64,000 nt of DNA from a virus. Both the position numbers and the translations under genes were made by a program. The notes beneath the pieces are model-generated. The model did no database searches, was not told where the DNA came from, and saw only the letters and a list, made by a program, of their open reading frames with translations. Where the stretch lies: the IMG/VR virus record IMGVR_UViG_3300027833_000021, positions 32,001 to 96,000 of that record; one strand, written 5' to 3'. Shown piece after piece: positions 30,151 to 39,934 of this stretch. How positions within the stretch are numbered: the stretch's first letter is position 1; every line of letters begins with the position of its first letter.

Positions 30151-31641
30151 ATGTTATTTCCAATAATTACATTTATAACCGCTATCACTATCGCGGCAAT
30201 TGCCGCATACTTTTCAGTTGCTGGTCTTATGGCTATCTTTACTGCATCGGCAATTTCTGTTGCCATTATGGCAGTAGCATTAGAAGTCGGTAAACTAGTT
30301 TCAGCATCTTGGGTTTATAGAAACTGGAAAAGGGCACCATTTCTTTTGAAATCATATCTTACTATTGCAGTAGTGATATTGATGTTCATCACTTCAATGG
30401 GCATTTTCGGTTTCCTATCAAAAGCACATTTAGAACAAGCCGCAGACAGCGAAGAGAACACTGCTCGTATTGAACGTATCGTACAAGATATGGCTAGATA
30501 CGAAAATACAAATGATAGACTTGAATTAAAGATTGTAAAATTAGATTCCGAGGGCGAAACAGATACCTCAAAGGTACAAGACCAAATTGATACAGAAGAA
30601 AATAGAATGGACAATGTTATGGTCCGTATTCAACCTTCTATTGATGAACAGAATTTAATCATCACTACTGAACTATCGAAAGATGATGATAAAATTGCTC
30701 CGTATCTAAATCAAATGGATAGCCTAGATAAAGAACTTGATAAACTTGAAGAACAGGCTAAGAAGTATGAAAATGATATTACTAACGTTGGCAAAGATAC
30801 AACAAGTTATGATTATGCGATAGCACCATTCCAGGACCAGATTGATAAAATTAAATCTGATACTGCTACACTTAAAGAAATGTCAAAGTCTGGCACACAA
30901 GAAGACCTTAGAAAAGCCCAAAACGCAGTTGGTATTCCTTGGGGTTTCTGGAGAAACTCAGAAGTTCTTAAAGAATGGAATGAAGCAAACACGTTAAAAT
31001 TGACTGAACTAGGAATGAAGATTGCAGATGTTCGTAAAGAGTATGAAGAGCAATATAAACAAGAACGCATTAGACTAAGTAATCTGGTAGTCAAGTTAAG
31101 AGGTGTTGATACTCAATCTGTGAATAAACGTAAGATGGACTTACTAGAAAAGATTGAAGATACAAGAGGCGTAGAGTCTCCTGTAATATCTTCCGCTAGA
31201 GAAGAAATCAAAAGATTGCGTGAGAAAGCAGATAGAGAAGTTGCAGGTTCTTTAATTATCCTTGATAGATTACGTAACGAATTATTGAACGTATCACAAG
31301 TTGACAATTCAGTAGAAGTTGAGCAGTTGCAGTTGAAAATAAATGCAAATGATGATGCTGTCGATGAATTGATTGACCAGAAGTTTGAATTAGAACGTGA
31401 GATTAGAGCAATAGAAACTGAAGTAGGACCTATCAAGTATATTGCAGAACTGGTTTATGAAAATACAGATGGCGATACGATTGATGAAGCAGTTAGATGG
31501 CTTATCATTATATTCATCTTTGTGTTTGACCCGTTAGCAGTATTACTATTGATTGCGGCAAACTATAGTTTTCAAAACAGAAACAGTGGTGGCAGACAGG
31601 AAGAAATCTTCGACAAGTTTACTTTCAAAAAAAAAAATTAA
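30151..31641 (+). CDS. Membrane-anchored long coiled-coil protein; possible frameshift extension to 31922
   Basis: Three N-terminal TMs, coiled coil, EVGPIKYIA...FDPLAVLLLIA; ends just after an A11 run. Confidence 0.85.
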   Translation: MLFPIITFITAITIAAIAAYFSVAGLMAIFTASAISVAIMAVALEVGKLVSASWVYRNWKRAPFLLKSYLTIAVVILMFITSMGIFGFLSKAHLEQAADSEENTARIERIVQDMARYENTNDRLELKIVKLDSEGETDTSKVQDQIDTEENRMDNVMVRIQPSIDEQNLIITTELSKDDDKIAPYLNQMDSLDKELDKLEEQAKKYENDITNVGKDTTSYDYAIAPFQDQIDKIKSDTATLKEMSKSGTQEDLRKAQNAVGIPWGFWRNSEVLKEWNEANTLKLTELGMKIADVRKEYEEQYKQERIRLSNLVVKLRGVDTQSVNKRKMDLLEKIEDTRGVESPVISSAREEIKRLREKADREVAGSLIILDRLRNELLNVSQVDNSVEVEQLQLKINANDDAVDELIDQKFELEREIRAIETEVGPIKYIAELVYENTDGDTIDEAVRWLIIIFIFVFDPLAVLLLIAANYSFQNRNSGGRQEEIFDKFTFKKKN

Positions 31642-31650
31642 AGAAACCAC

Positions 31651-31679
31651 TTGACATTTCACCCAAAATAAGCGATAAT
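31651..31679 (+). promoter_or_regulatory. Promoter TTGACA-17-GATAAT upstream of clpX
   Basis: Near consensus; a late motif is also present at 31856-31863. Confidence 0.6.
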
Positions 31680-31939
31680 ATTACTAATGACGAAGTAATA
31701 GAAGATACAATCACGTCAGAAGAACCTGAAGAAGAAAGTTTTGGTGTAATCTTAGATGATGCTAAGATTGATGAGGGAATAGAAAAAGTTGACGAAATCG
31801 AAGAAGACTTAACTCCAGAAGAAGTTGAAGAAGTTAAGAAAGAAGTCCAACGTAAGATAAATACAGAAGTGTTCAAGCGAGACGGTTGGTTAGATGATGT
31901 TGACACTAATACTAAAAAGTAAAAAGGCGTAGGTACATA

Positions 31940-33202
31940 TTGGCAGAAAATAAAGAATTTAAATGTTCGTTTTGTGGTAAACCAAAGAACGAAATTAAAA
32001 CATTAATTGCAGGACCTAATCAATACATTTGTAATGAATGTATTGACTTGTGCCATAATATTATACACGAAGTAAAATCAGATGATATAAACAATCCTGA
32101 TTATAACCCAGTAGCGGTTACTCCTGAAGAAATCAAAGAGTACTTAGATGAACATGTTATCGGTCAAGATGAAGCAAAAGAAGTCGTTTCAGTTGCAGTG
32201 TATAACCACTATAAACGTATCAATTCTACTGACACAGATATAGAATTAGATAAGTCTAACATCCTAGTCTTTGGTCCAAGTGGTACTGGTAAAACTTTGA
32301 TAGGTAAAACTATTGCTAAATTCCTTGATGTGCCATTTGCTCAAATTGATGCTACCTCACTTACTGAAAGTGGTTACGTTGGTGAAGACGTAGAGAATGT
32401 AGTACAGCGTTTGTTAATTGCATCAGATTTTGATATTGAAAAAGCCGAACGTGGCATTGTTTACATTGATGAAATTGATAAGAAAGCCAAGAAAGGTGAA
32501 AACTTATCAATCACAAAAGACGTTTCTGGTGAAGGTGTACAACAAGCACTACTTAAAATCGTTGAAGGAACAGTTGTTCGTGTCCCACCTGGCGGGGGTC
32601 GTAAACATCCAAACCAAGAAATGATTGAAGTAGATACTAGAAAAATCTTATTCATTGTCGGTGGTGCATTTGTAGGTATAGATAAGATTGTAGAAAATAG
32701 AGTTAACACAAGTCCTGGGATTGGTTTTGGTGCATCACACAAGGTAGACACATGTAAGTGTGTAACTAGCAGAGAAATTAGAACACAAGACCTTCTTAAG
32801 TATGGACTAATTCCAGAATTTATGGGTAGATTTCCAATCGTTGTGGGACTTGAAGACCTGACAGAAGCAGAATTAGTCAGAATTCTAGTTGAGCCAAAGA
32901 ACAGTATAGTTGCACAGTTTAAGAAACTATTCTCATTAGATAACGTAGAGTTAGAAATGGGTGATGATACATTATCAGCCATAGCCAAAATTGCACATGA
33001 AGATACTACAGGTGCAAGAGGACTACGAAGTGTTATAGAGAAATCATTACTCAAGGTGCAGTTTACTCTTCCAAAATTGGCAAAAGAAGGACTAGAGAAA
33101 GTTATTATTACTAAAGAATTTATTAATGCAGATGTAGATACACCAATCTTAGTATATGCAGAAGATGAGTCCAAGGAGACTGAACAAGGCATAGATGGGT
33201 AA
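31940..33202 (+). CDS. clpX: ATP-dependent Clp protease ATP-binding subunit ClpX
   Basis: CSFC...CNEC zinc finger, [21 protein letters not shown] loop, GARGLR. Confidence 0.97.
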   Translation: MAENKEFKCSFCGKPKNEIKTLIAGPNQYICNECIDLCHNIIHEVKSDDINNPDYNPVAVTPEEIKEYLDEHVIGQDEAKEVVSVAVYNHYKRINSTDTDIELDKSNILVFGPSGTGKTLIGKTIAKFLDVPFAQIDATSLTESGYVGEDVENVVQRLLIASDFDIEKAERGIVYIDEIDKKAKKGENLSITKDVSGEGVQQALLKIVEGTVVRVPPGGGRKHPNQEMIEVDTRKILFIVGGAFVGIDKIVENRVNTSPGIGFGASHKVDTCKCVTSREIRTQDLLKYGLIPEFMGRFPIVVGLEDLTEAELVRILVEPKNSIVAQFKKLFSLDNVELEMGDDTLSAIAKIAHEDTTGARGLRSVIEKSLLKVQFTLPKLAKEGLEKVIITKEFINADVDTPILVYAEDESKETEQGIDG

Positions 33203-33734
33203 TTATTACAAAAAGACTAGTAAAGTTAATATAATTTCTAATAATCAGATAACATTTGATAAATTAAGAGTAATAGATAAAGACAGAGAGCCACTAGGAA
33301 TAATGGACAAGTCAGAAGCAATAGAACTTGCTTTATCTCAAGGATTAGACTTAGTATTGATTGTAGAAAAAGCAGACCCTCCAGTTGCTAGAATAATCGA
33401 ATTAAATAAGTATAAATACGAGATACAAAAGAACGAGAAGGAGATGGCTAAAAAAGCCAGAGCCTCAAGGATAGATACTAAAGAAGTTAAGTTTAAGCCT
33501 AATATAGGCGAACATGATTTACTTATAAAACTAAATCATGCACAAGAGTTTTTAGATAATGGATGTAAAGTTAAGATTACTATTCAGATGCGAGGTAGAG
33601 AAAACTCAAATAGTTCGGAAGTATTTAAACATTTTAAAAATGCAATTGAAACACATCTAGTCAATTTTAGATGGGATTCAAACTTAGCATTAAACGGAAA
33701 TAGAATAATAGGATTACTATATAAAGATGGCTAA
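33195..33734 (+). CDS. infC: Translation initiation factor IF3
   Basis: LDLVLI...PPVARI...[30 protein letters not shown]. Confidence 0.92.
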   Translation: MGNYYKKTSKVNIISNNQITFDKLRVIDKDREPLGIMDKSEAIELALSQGLDLVLIVEKADPPVARIIELNKYKYEIQKNEKEMAKKARASRIDTKEVKFKPNIGEHDLLIKLNHAQEFLDNGCKVKITIQMRGRENSNSSEVFKHFKNAIETHLVNFRWDSNLALNGNRIIGLLYKDG

Positions 33735-33990
33735 ATTTACACCAAGAAAGGTAAAAACAGGTAGAGAAAGACCAATAGGAACTCACGTAGAAGTACAACA
33801 TGATAACTTTGAAAGAGCATTAAGACTTTGGAAAAGAAAATGTTCAGATGCAGGCACAGTACAAGAAGTTAGAGAACGACAAGCATTCATTAAGCCTACT
33901 GAAAAGAAGAAGAAAATGAAAGCGGCAGCCAAGCAACGAACTAGACGTGAACAAGCAAAGAATAAATTACATAAGAAAAGATTGTATTAA
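33727..33990 (+). CDS. rpsU: Ribosomal protein bS21
   Basis: NFERALR..KRK...G...EVRER..F.KPTEKKK. Confidence 0.9.
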   Translation: MAKFTPRKVKTGRERPIGTHVEVQHDNFERALRLWKRKCSDAGTVQEVRERQAFIKPTEKKKKMKAAAKQRTRREQAKNKLHKKRLY

Positions 33991-34232
33991 TGTCAATTGA
34001 AATACTTGAAACACTAGATGTAAGAACTCTACAGAAAGAGTCCGCTAGAGCATTATTAACCATGGACGGAACAAGTCATGGTATATCACGTTTCAACAAA
34101 CAAGCACAACATAACTCTCAGAATTGGTACAAAGCAGTGCTAAAAGAGTATATAGAAGAACATGGAGGCTTACCTTGTGATGTAGGTCCCGCAAAGGATT
34201 TAGTGTTATTTTCCGAGAAAATTGGTTTATAA
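33990..34232 (+). CDS. Hypothetical protein
   Basis: TAATG coupling. Confidence 0.7.
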   Translation: MSIEILETLDVRTLQKESARALLTMDGTSHGISRFNKQAQHNSQNWYKAVLKEYIEEHGGLPCDVGPAKDLVLFSEKIGL

Positions 34233-34244
34233 AGACTAAATAAG

Positions 34245-34336
34245 AGTGTACTGAGCAATAGTGTTTAGTATATTACCGAGATGCCGATAGGGTCTCAAAC
34301 AATAATAACTTGCTTAATATAAGGAGAAAAATTATG
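34245..34336 (+). promoter_or_regulatory. ROSE-like RNA thermometer leader of hsp20
   Basis: Two upstream hairpins, then CTTGCTT-aatat-AAGGAG sequestering the SD with a bulged G. Confidence 0.7.
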
Positions 34337-34762
34337 ACAAGACACGTAACCACACTAACCCTGCCTGACTTTCACAGAACAATGCTAGGATTTGACCGAC
34401 TGGTCGAAGACTTTCAAACGTTCAATGCTGGAGCAAACAATGGGTATCCCCCTTTCAACGTAGAGACTTCTGGTGATGACAAATATCAAATCACACTAGC
34501 ACTCGCTGGTTTTGTACGAGACGATTTAAAAATCGATGTACAAGAAGGCATTCTTACTATTACAGGTGAGAAAGTAGAAGTGGAGTCAGAAGAAGTTCAA
34601 TATCTACATAAAGGTATCGCTAATAGAAGTTTCACAAGAACTTGGAAATTAGCAGAATACGTTGAGGTAGTAGAAGCCAAGATGGAAAATGGTATGCTTT
34701 ACATTTCTTTAGAACGCATTGTTCCAGAAGAAAAGAAACCAAAGTCTATCAAAATTAACTAA
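34334..34762 (+). CDS. Small heat-shock protein Hsp20 (IbpA-like)
   Basis: LGFDRL, YPPFNV, LALAGF, YLHKGIANRSFTR, NGML.I.L; start set at ATG 34334 after the SD. Confidence 0.95.
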   Translation: MTRHVTTLTLPDFHRTMLGFDRLVEDFQTFNAGANNGYPPFNVETSGDDKYQITLALAGFVRDDLKIDVQEGILTITGEKVEVESEEVQYLHKGIANRSFTRTWKLAEYVEVVEAKMENGMLYISLERIVPEEKKPKSIKIN

Positions 34763-34770
34763 AAAGTTAC

Positions 34771-34799
34771 TTGACTTTAACTACTAATTTAGTTATAAT
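34771..34799 (+). promoter_or_regulatory. Promoter TTGACT-17-TATAAT
   Basis: Consensus spacing; followed by a hairpin/T-tract at 34804-34833 and a late motif at 34857-34864. Confidence 0.65.
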
Positions 34800-34888
34800 T
34801 AAGGGAGACAGACAGAAATGTTTGTCTCTTTTTTAATAGCCGACACGTGAAATTTGCATAAATACATAGTATATGAGGGAGAGTATAA

Positions 34889-35206
34889 ATGATTGAAAGT
34901 AACGAAAAAGAAAAAGTACAGTCATCTAATAATTCGTTATTAGCAATAGGCGAACCGAAGCAATATTATGTTGTAATGCACAATGATGATAAGACTCCAT
35001 TCGACTTTGTTATTGATATACTTATGGCGTTGTTTAGCCATGATAAAGATACATCGGCAGACTTAGCACACAAGATACACGTAGACGAAAAGGCAATTGT
35101 AGGAATGTATAACTTAGAAATCGCAGAACAAAAAGTTGAAGAGACTGTAAAGGCAAGCAGAGTTGCTAACTATCCTCTATCGGTATCTTTAGAACCAACG
35201 ACTTAA
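34889..35206 (+). CDS. clpS: Clp adaptor (N-recognin) ClpS
   Basis: YYVVMHNDDKTPFDFVI, IH..EKAIVG.Y..EIAEQK, YPL. Confidence 0.92.
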   Translation: MIESNEKEKVQSSNNSLLAIGEPKQYYVVMHNDDKTPFDFVIDILMALFSHDKDTSADLAHKIHVDEKAIVGMYNLEIAEQKVEETVKASRVANYPLSVSLEPTT

Positions 35207-35908
35207 TTGACTATGCGCCATCGCATACTTCAATATTGTACTAATGACTTTCTACACGGTAGTGATTACTTTGATGAAGTAACAACTGATGTGGATTACG
35301 CATTATTTCAAAGATTGCCAATTGCGAATGAGTTATCTGGACCAAACATAAAAGAAATTCATTTAGAACGAAGTATTTCTAATATGAGAGATTCTTTGTA
35401 TGTGGGTGTAGCAAGATTTCATGGTAAGTCAAAGTTCGACTCATGTGTTTCATTTAATTTGCCAAGCAAAGACATAGTTAGAGCAACTAATAATAAGTTT
35501 CAAGGTTCTAAAGCGTTATGTACTGGCATAGACAAAGTAGTGTTCTGTAGTATATTACCATGTTATCCTGACGGTCAAGACGGTGGGACTATTGTAGGTA
35601 AAGATACATTAGATGATATTGAGTTTATTCTTAACAAACTTAAATATACTAAATGTATCATAGCAGGTGATTTTCATCATGCTCCTGGCATGTTCAATAA
35701 GTTAGAAACATTAATTGAGTCTTATGGGTTTAAATCATACTTAGATAATTATGATACATTTATCAAACCAGAAAATGGTGATAAGTTTAACTTAGACAGA
35801 ATGATATCAAATATACCAAATTTAGAAGTTTCAAATATCAAGGTACATCAACCTTCACATCCAAAAACACATTTAGCAATATCTTATGATATTGATTTTG
35901 ACATATAG
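35207..35908 (+). CDS. Endonuclease/exonuclease/phosphatase-family protein
   Basis: IIAGDFH, LDRM, THLAI. Confidence 0.65.
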   Translation: MTMRHRILQYCTNDFLHGSDYFDEVTTDVDYALFQRLPIANELSGPNIKEIHLERSISNMRDSLYVGVARFHGKSKFDSCVSFNLPSKDIVRATNNKFQGSKALCTGIDKVVFCSILPCYPDGQDGGTIVGKDTLDDIEFILNKLKYTKCIIAGDFHHAPGMFNKLETLIESYGFKSYLDNYDTFIKPENGDKFNLDRMISNIPNLEVSNIKVHQPSHPKTHLAISYDIDFDI

Positions 35909-35919
35909 TAGATATATAA

Positions 35920-36600
35920 ATGAACTTAAAAATATTAAACGAATTAGATAGAATTCTTAAATACAATCCAAGTCTATTACAGGATAAACATGCATTCTGT
36001 CAAGTTGTAAATGGCGTATTTGACATTGAATTGACACAAATTGTTTCTACAGAAATTCATACACTAGCAGAACAAATCGATAGAGCGGTATTGAAAAATT
36101 ATTTCGGTAAAGTTTGGCAAGCAGAAACAAAGAAATTCAAATATAGCGGACTTGCAATTATTGATGAAGTGAATGATATGTTGCCTACTAACGTTATCGA
36201 TATCGGTTGTGGTTATAATGAGTTCAAAGGAAAGATTAAAAATCTAGTTGGCATCGACCCATATAATGATAGAGCCGATATTAAGTCTCAAGTATTAGAC
36301 TATCAAACAGATGTTGAATATGATGTTGCTATTTGTCTAGGTAGTATCAACTTTGGTAGTAGTGACAAGATAATTTCTGAACTTGAGCATGTAGTTGATA
36401 TGGTCAAGCCAGGCGGTTTCTTATATTTCAGAGTTAATCCAGGAATTCAACACGATAAAAAAGAAGCAAAATGGATTAACTTTTATGACTGGGACCCAGT
36501 CTTTATATCAAATGTTGCACAACATATTAAGTGTGATGTGTTAGTATTGAGACAAGACGACAATAACAGGCTTTATTTTGTTTTACGAAAAAACGGTTGA
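35920..36600 (+). CDS. Class I SAM-dependent methyltransferase
   Basis: VIDIGCG, GIDP, YDVAICLGS, VKPGG. Confidence 0.85.
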   Translation: MNLKILNELDRILKYNPSLLQDKHAFCQVVNGVFDIELTQIVSTEIHTLAEQIDRAVLKNYFGKVWQAETKKFKYSGLAIIDEVNDMLPTNVIDIGCGYNEFKGKIKNLVGIDPYNDRADIKSQVLDYQTDVEYDVAICLGSINFGSSDKIISELEHVVDMVKPGGFLYFRVNPGIQHDKKEAKWINFYDWDPVFISNVAQHIKCDVLVLRQDDNNRLYFVLRKNG

Positions 36601-36654
36601 CAAATCCTAGAACCTGATGTATAGTGATTCTGTATTAATCAAAGGATAAAATAA

Positions 36655-36855
36655 ATGACTGATTTTGTAGAAACAAAAGAAACATCTTTCACATACACAC
36701 CAGAAAAAGCAGACACATTTCTATTTGAAATGCTTCCGCGTTTTGCAAAACAACTCGGCGTCACTTATGTAATTAATGATGACAACTCAATCACTTTTTC
36801 TTGTGATAATCCTAACTATCTCCAAGAGTGTTACGACCAACTATACCAAAATTAA
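36655..36855 (+). CDS. Hypothetical protein
   Basis: Own promoter TTGACA-17-TATAGT (36597-36625); AAGGA RBS. Confidence 0.7.
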   Translation: MTDFVETKETSFTYTPEKADTFLFEMLPRFAKQLGVTYVINDDNSITFSCDNPNYLQECYDQLYQN

Positions 36856-36908
36856 CTAAAAATAACTCATGTTTACGCTAACGATTAGTATATTGAGTAA
36901 ATATACGT

Positions 36909-37097
36909 ATGTCACATAAAGAAGCGTACAGAATGTTTTGGATGGTCAAAGGACACTTTAACACGTCGGAATCGACAGTGCTATCTTGTGCCGAAGGATA
37001 CTTTAAACGTGTATGGAGAGCAGGCTGTGACGGAGCACCATTATCAGAATGGGAAGAAGGTTTCGAAGAAGCATATTCAAAAATAATTCAAAAATAA
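36909..37097 (+). CDS. Hypothetical protein
   Basis: ORF fills the gap. Confidence 0.65.
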   Translation: MSHKEAYRMFWMVKGHFNTSESTVLSCAEGYFKRVWRAGCDGAPLSEWEEGFEEAYSKIIQK

Positions 37098-37108
37098 TTA
37101 AAAAAATG

Positions 37109-37359
37109 TTGACATTCCTTGTCAATTCTGTTATTATGTTCGTACTAATAAGATAAATAAAAACTAGTGCAGAGTTGCACTTCCGCATGTATTACAGAGT
37201 GTAAGCATGTCTTATCTATTTTCAAATTATAGAATAGGACAATGGTGTTTGCTCTCTAATAGTGTGCAACAAATCTCCAAAACCCTATTCTAAAATCACT
37301 TAAGTAATAAGCCACGCCTACTTAAGTTTTTATTAATGTGGTTAACAACGGAGTAAATA
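37109..37359 (+). promoter_or_regulatory. Promoter TTGACA-17-TATTAT plus late motif and a structured leader of about 200 nt
   Basis: Hairpins TAGAATAGG/CCTATTCTA and ACTTAAGTA/TACTTAAGT; possible pseudoknot beside the SD. Confidence 0.55.
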
Positions 37360-38415
37360 ATGTTTAAAAAACTATTAATCTCAGCAGTACTATCAGTAGG
37401 TATTGCAACATCAGCCATGGCTGATTACACCCTAATCGTACCACAAGCACCTGGTAAAGGTACTTCAGTATGGGGTGAAATTATTGCTAAGAACTTAGAA
37501 AAGTTTCTAGGTGAACCAGTAGTAGTTCGTCATATTCCAGGCGCACGTGATATTCCTGGATTTAACAAGTTCCACGACAGCCTACGTTTTGACGACAAAA
37601 CAATCATGGTTGCACATGGTGGTAACGGTGTATCATACTTACTAGATAAAGTTAGATATGATTATTACGATTATGAATTAATTGGTTCAATGAATAATGA
37701 TATCGTTCTTGGTAAGCAAGAAGGCAAAGACGAAAAATCAGGCACTTGGACAATTGCAGGTGGTTCAGGTTTTGAACCAGATGCGGCTGCGGCGGCAATG
37801 TTAATTTGTGGCCCACAAGAAAACGGTTCAATCGATGCCTACTTGGCATGTTGGAGAGAACGTGTTGTATGGGTTAACGGTGTATCAGGCGGTGAAAAGC
37901 GTCTAGGTTTCCAAAATGGTGAATTTGATATCGCACGTGAATCACCAGCGGCGTGGAAACGTTTCTATACAGGTATCGAAGGTAACGAACTATGGTTCAC
38001 ACATGGTATCTTAGATTTAGAAAACAATGTACAAATGGATGACCCTAACTTTCCAAATACACAATTTGAAGACGTGTATGAAAGATTATGGGGCGAAGCA
38101 CCAGCAGGAGATTTATATAACGCATATAAACTTACTCGTAACTGGCGTGATGCAATCCAAAAGTCACTTTGGATGAACAAAGGTAACCCGAATGCGGCAA
38201 AAGTAAAAGCGGCTGTAACTGAAATGATTAATGACCCAGTTGCAAGTGCAGAAATTTATGCTAAGACAGGTGTTTATCCTTGGATCCAAGACGGTGATAG
38301 TCTATTAGCGGCTCTTAAATCTTTGATTACAGAGAAAGCACTAAGAGATGCGGTTAAGTGGAACCAAGAAGCATATGGCTTCCCATCAATCTACAAACCT
38401 GAACTTTTAGACTAA
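37360..38415 (+). CDS. Tripartite tricarboxylate transporter substrate-binding protein (TctC/Bug-like)
   Basis: Signal peptide; LIVPQAPGKGT...LGEPVVVRHIPGA. Confidence 0.75.
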   Translation: MFKKLLISAVLSVGIATSAMADYTLIVPQAPGKGTSVWGEIIAKNLEKFLGEPVVVRHIPGARDIPGFNKFHDSLRFDDKTIMVAHGGNGVSYLLDKVRYDYYDYELIGSMNNDIVLGKQEGKDEKSGTWTIAGGSGFEPDAAAAAMLICGPQENGSIDAYLACWRERVVWVNGVSGGEKRLGFQNGEFDIARESPAAWKRFYTGIEGNELWFTHGILDLENNVQMDDPNFPNTQFEDVYERLWGEAPAGDLYNAYKLTRNWRDAIQKSLWMNKGNPNAAKVKAAVTEMINDPVASAEIYAKTGVYPWIQDGDSLLAALKSLITEKALRDAVKWNQEAYGFPSIYKPELLD

Positions 38416-38425
38416 GGAAAATACT

Positions 38426-39934
38426 ATGGAATATGTTATCTGGGCATTAATTGGCACTTGTTATGGAATGCTAGTTGGTATTATACCTATCGCAGGTGTA
38501 ACTACCGCTCTGATAACTGTCTTTAGTATGGGAGCATACTTTATGGCCGACCCCTATTTGGGGTTGGTCTTTTTAACTGCAATCGTGGCAAGTTGTGCGA
38601 GTGCAGATAGTTATACAAGTATTCTTACTGGTATTCCAGGCGCAAGTACCACTGCGGCATGTGTTATTGACGGTTATCCTATGGCAAAGAAAGGTCAAGC
38701 GGCGAGGGCAATGGGAATTGCTATTGCAGACTCGACATTTAATGGTGTTGTATTTGCGGCACTGACTTTCTTTTTACTTCCTTATTACGGGAAGATTATT
38801 GTATTATTTGGACGTCCAGAATTTCTGGGCTTTATGACAATGGCACTAGCCTGCGTAGGCTTTGTTGCAAGTAAAAATGTTTTCTTAAGTATCTGTGCAA
38901 TCATATTTGGATTAGCAGTAGGTATGGTAGGAGAAGATGTTGTAAGTAATCCTAGATTGACATTCGGTTGGGAATATTTACAAAATGGAATTGGCATGGT
39001 AGTTCTATTATCAGGCTTATTCGGAGTTCCTGAATTATTAGACGGATTTAGAAAGAAATTAAAATCAGCGGCACCACCGTTAGAAGGAAATTATTGGACA
39101 GGACTGAAACAAGGTTTTGGTGATGTTCGTAAAAACTGGAAAGATATGATACGTGGTGGACTGATTGGCTTCGTTACTGGTTTATTGCCAGGTGTAGGCG
39201 GAGCAGTAGGCGACTTCTTGGCATACGGTGCCACGAAAGCCGCACACAAAGATAAAGACCAAGAAGTTCCATTTGGTGAAGGTAATCCTGTTGGGTTACT
39301 GGGTTGTGAAGGTGCCAACAACGCACAGAAAGTATCTAGTATGATACCTGCTTGTTTGTTCGGTATTCCAGCGGCACCATTTGCGGCTATGGTTATGGCA
39401 ATCTGTATGTACTTCGGTATGGAGATTGGCACACCTAGTCTACTAGATGATTTACAGTTCACAAATAGTTTAGCATTTGGTTATATATTTGGAACTATCG
39501 GTGTAGCACTCTTAAGTATATTCTTATATAAATGGATTCTTAAAATATTAGAAGTTCCTTTTTGGATATATGCTACATTTATTTTAGCAGTGATTGTTTA
39601 CGCTAATATGCAATACACAGGTGGTTGGGAAGACTTAGCCTTACTGGCTATCTTAAGTGCTATCGGTGTTGTATGTAAAACATATAATATTAGTAGACCA
39701 GCAATTCTAGTTGCGTATGTTGTAGCATTCAAAATTGATGAATACTTTTGGGGCACACTACAGTTATATGGTTACAAACAATGGAAACCAGGATTTAGTT
39801 CTATGGCAGATTTTAGATGGTTTGATTTATTCAACATTTACAATCACCCTATATTCCTTGTATGTATTATCATTGCTGTGGGTATATTCATAAATAGTCT
39901 GGTAAGAAAAGATAAAGGATTGGACTACACATGA
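38426..39934 (+). CDS. tctA: Tripartite tricarboxylate transporter permease TctA
   Basis: SILTGIPG, DGYPMAKKGQAARA, GLLPGVG, EGANNA; many TM helices. Confidence 0.9.
   Translation: MEYVIWALIGTCYGMLVGIIPIAGVTTALITVFSMGAYFMADPYLGLVFLTAIVASCASADSYTSILTGIPGASTTAACVIDGYPMAKKGQAARAMGIAIADSTFNGVVFAALTFFLLPYYGKIIVLFGRPEFLGFMTMALACVGFVASKNVFLSICAIIFGLAVGMVGEDVVSNPRLTFGWEYLQNGIGMVVLLSGLFGVPELLDGFRKKLKSAAPPLEGNYWTGLKQGFGDVRKNWKDMIRGGLIGFVTGLLPGVGGAVGDFLAYGATKAAHKDKDQEVPFGEGNPVGLLGCEGANNAQKVSSMIPACLFGIPAAPFAAMVMAICMYFGMEIGTPSLLDDLQFTNSLAFGYIFGTIGVALLSIFLYKWILKILEVPFWIYATFILAVIVYANMQYTGGWEDLALLAILSAIGVVCKTYNISRPAILVAYVVAFKIDEYFWGTLQLYGYKQWKPGFSSMADFRWFDLFNIYNHPIFLVCIIIAVGIFINSLVRKDKGLDYT

Noticed and set aside
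32461-33192. Long antisense ORFs (243 aa in clpX; 252 aa at 14875-15633)
   Set aside because: In-register antisense shadows of strongly supported plus-strand genes
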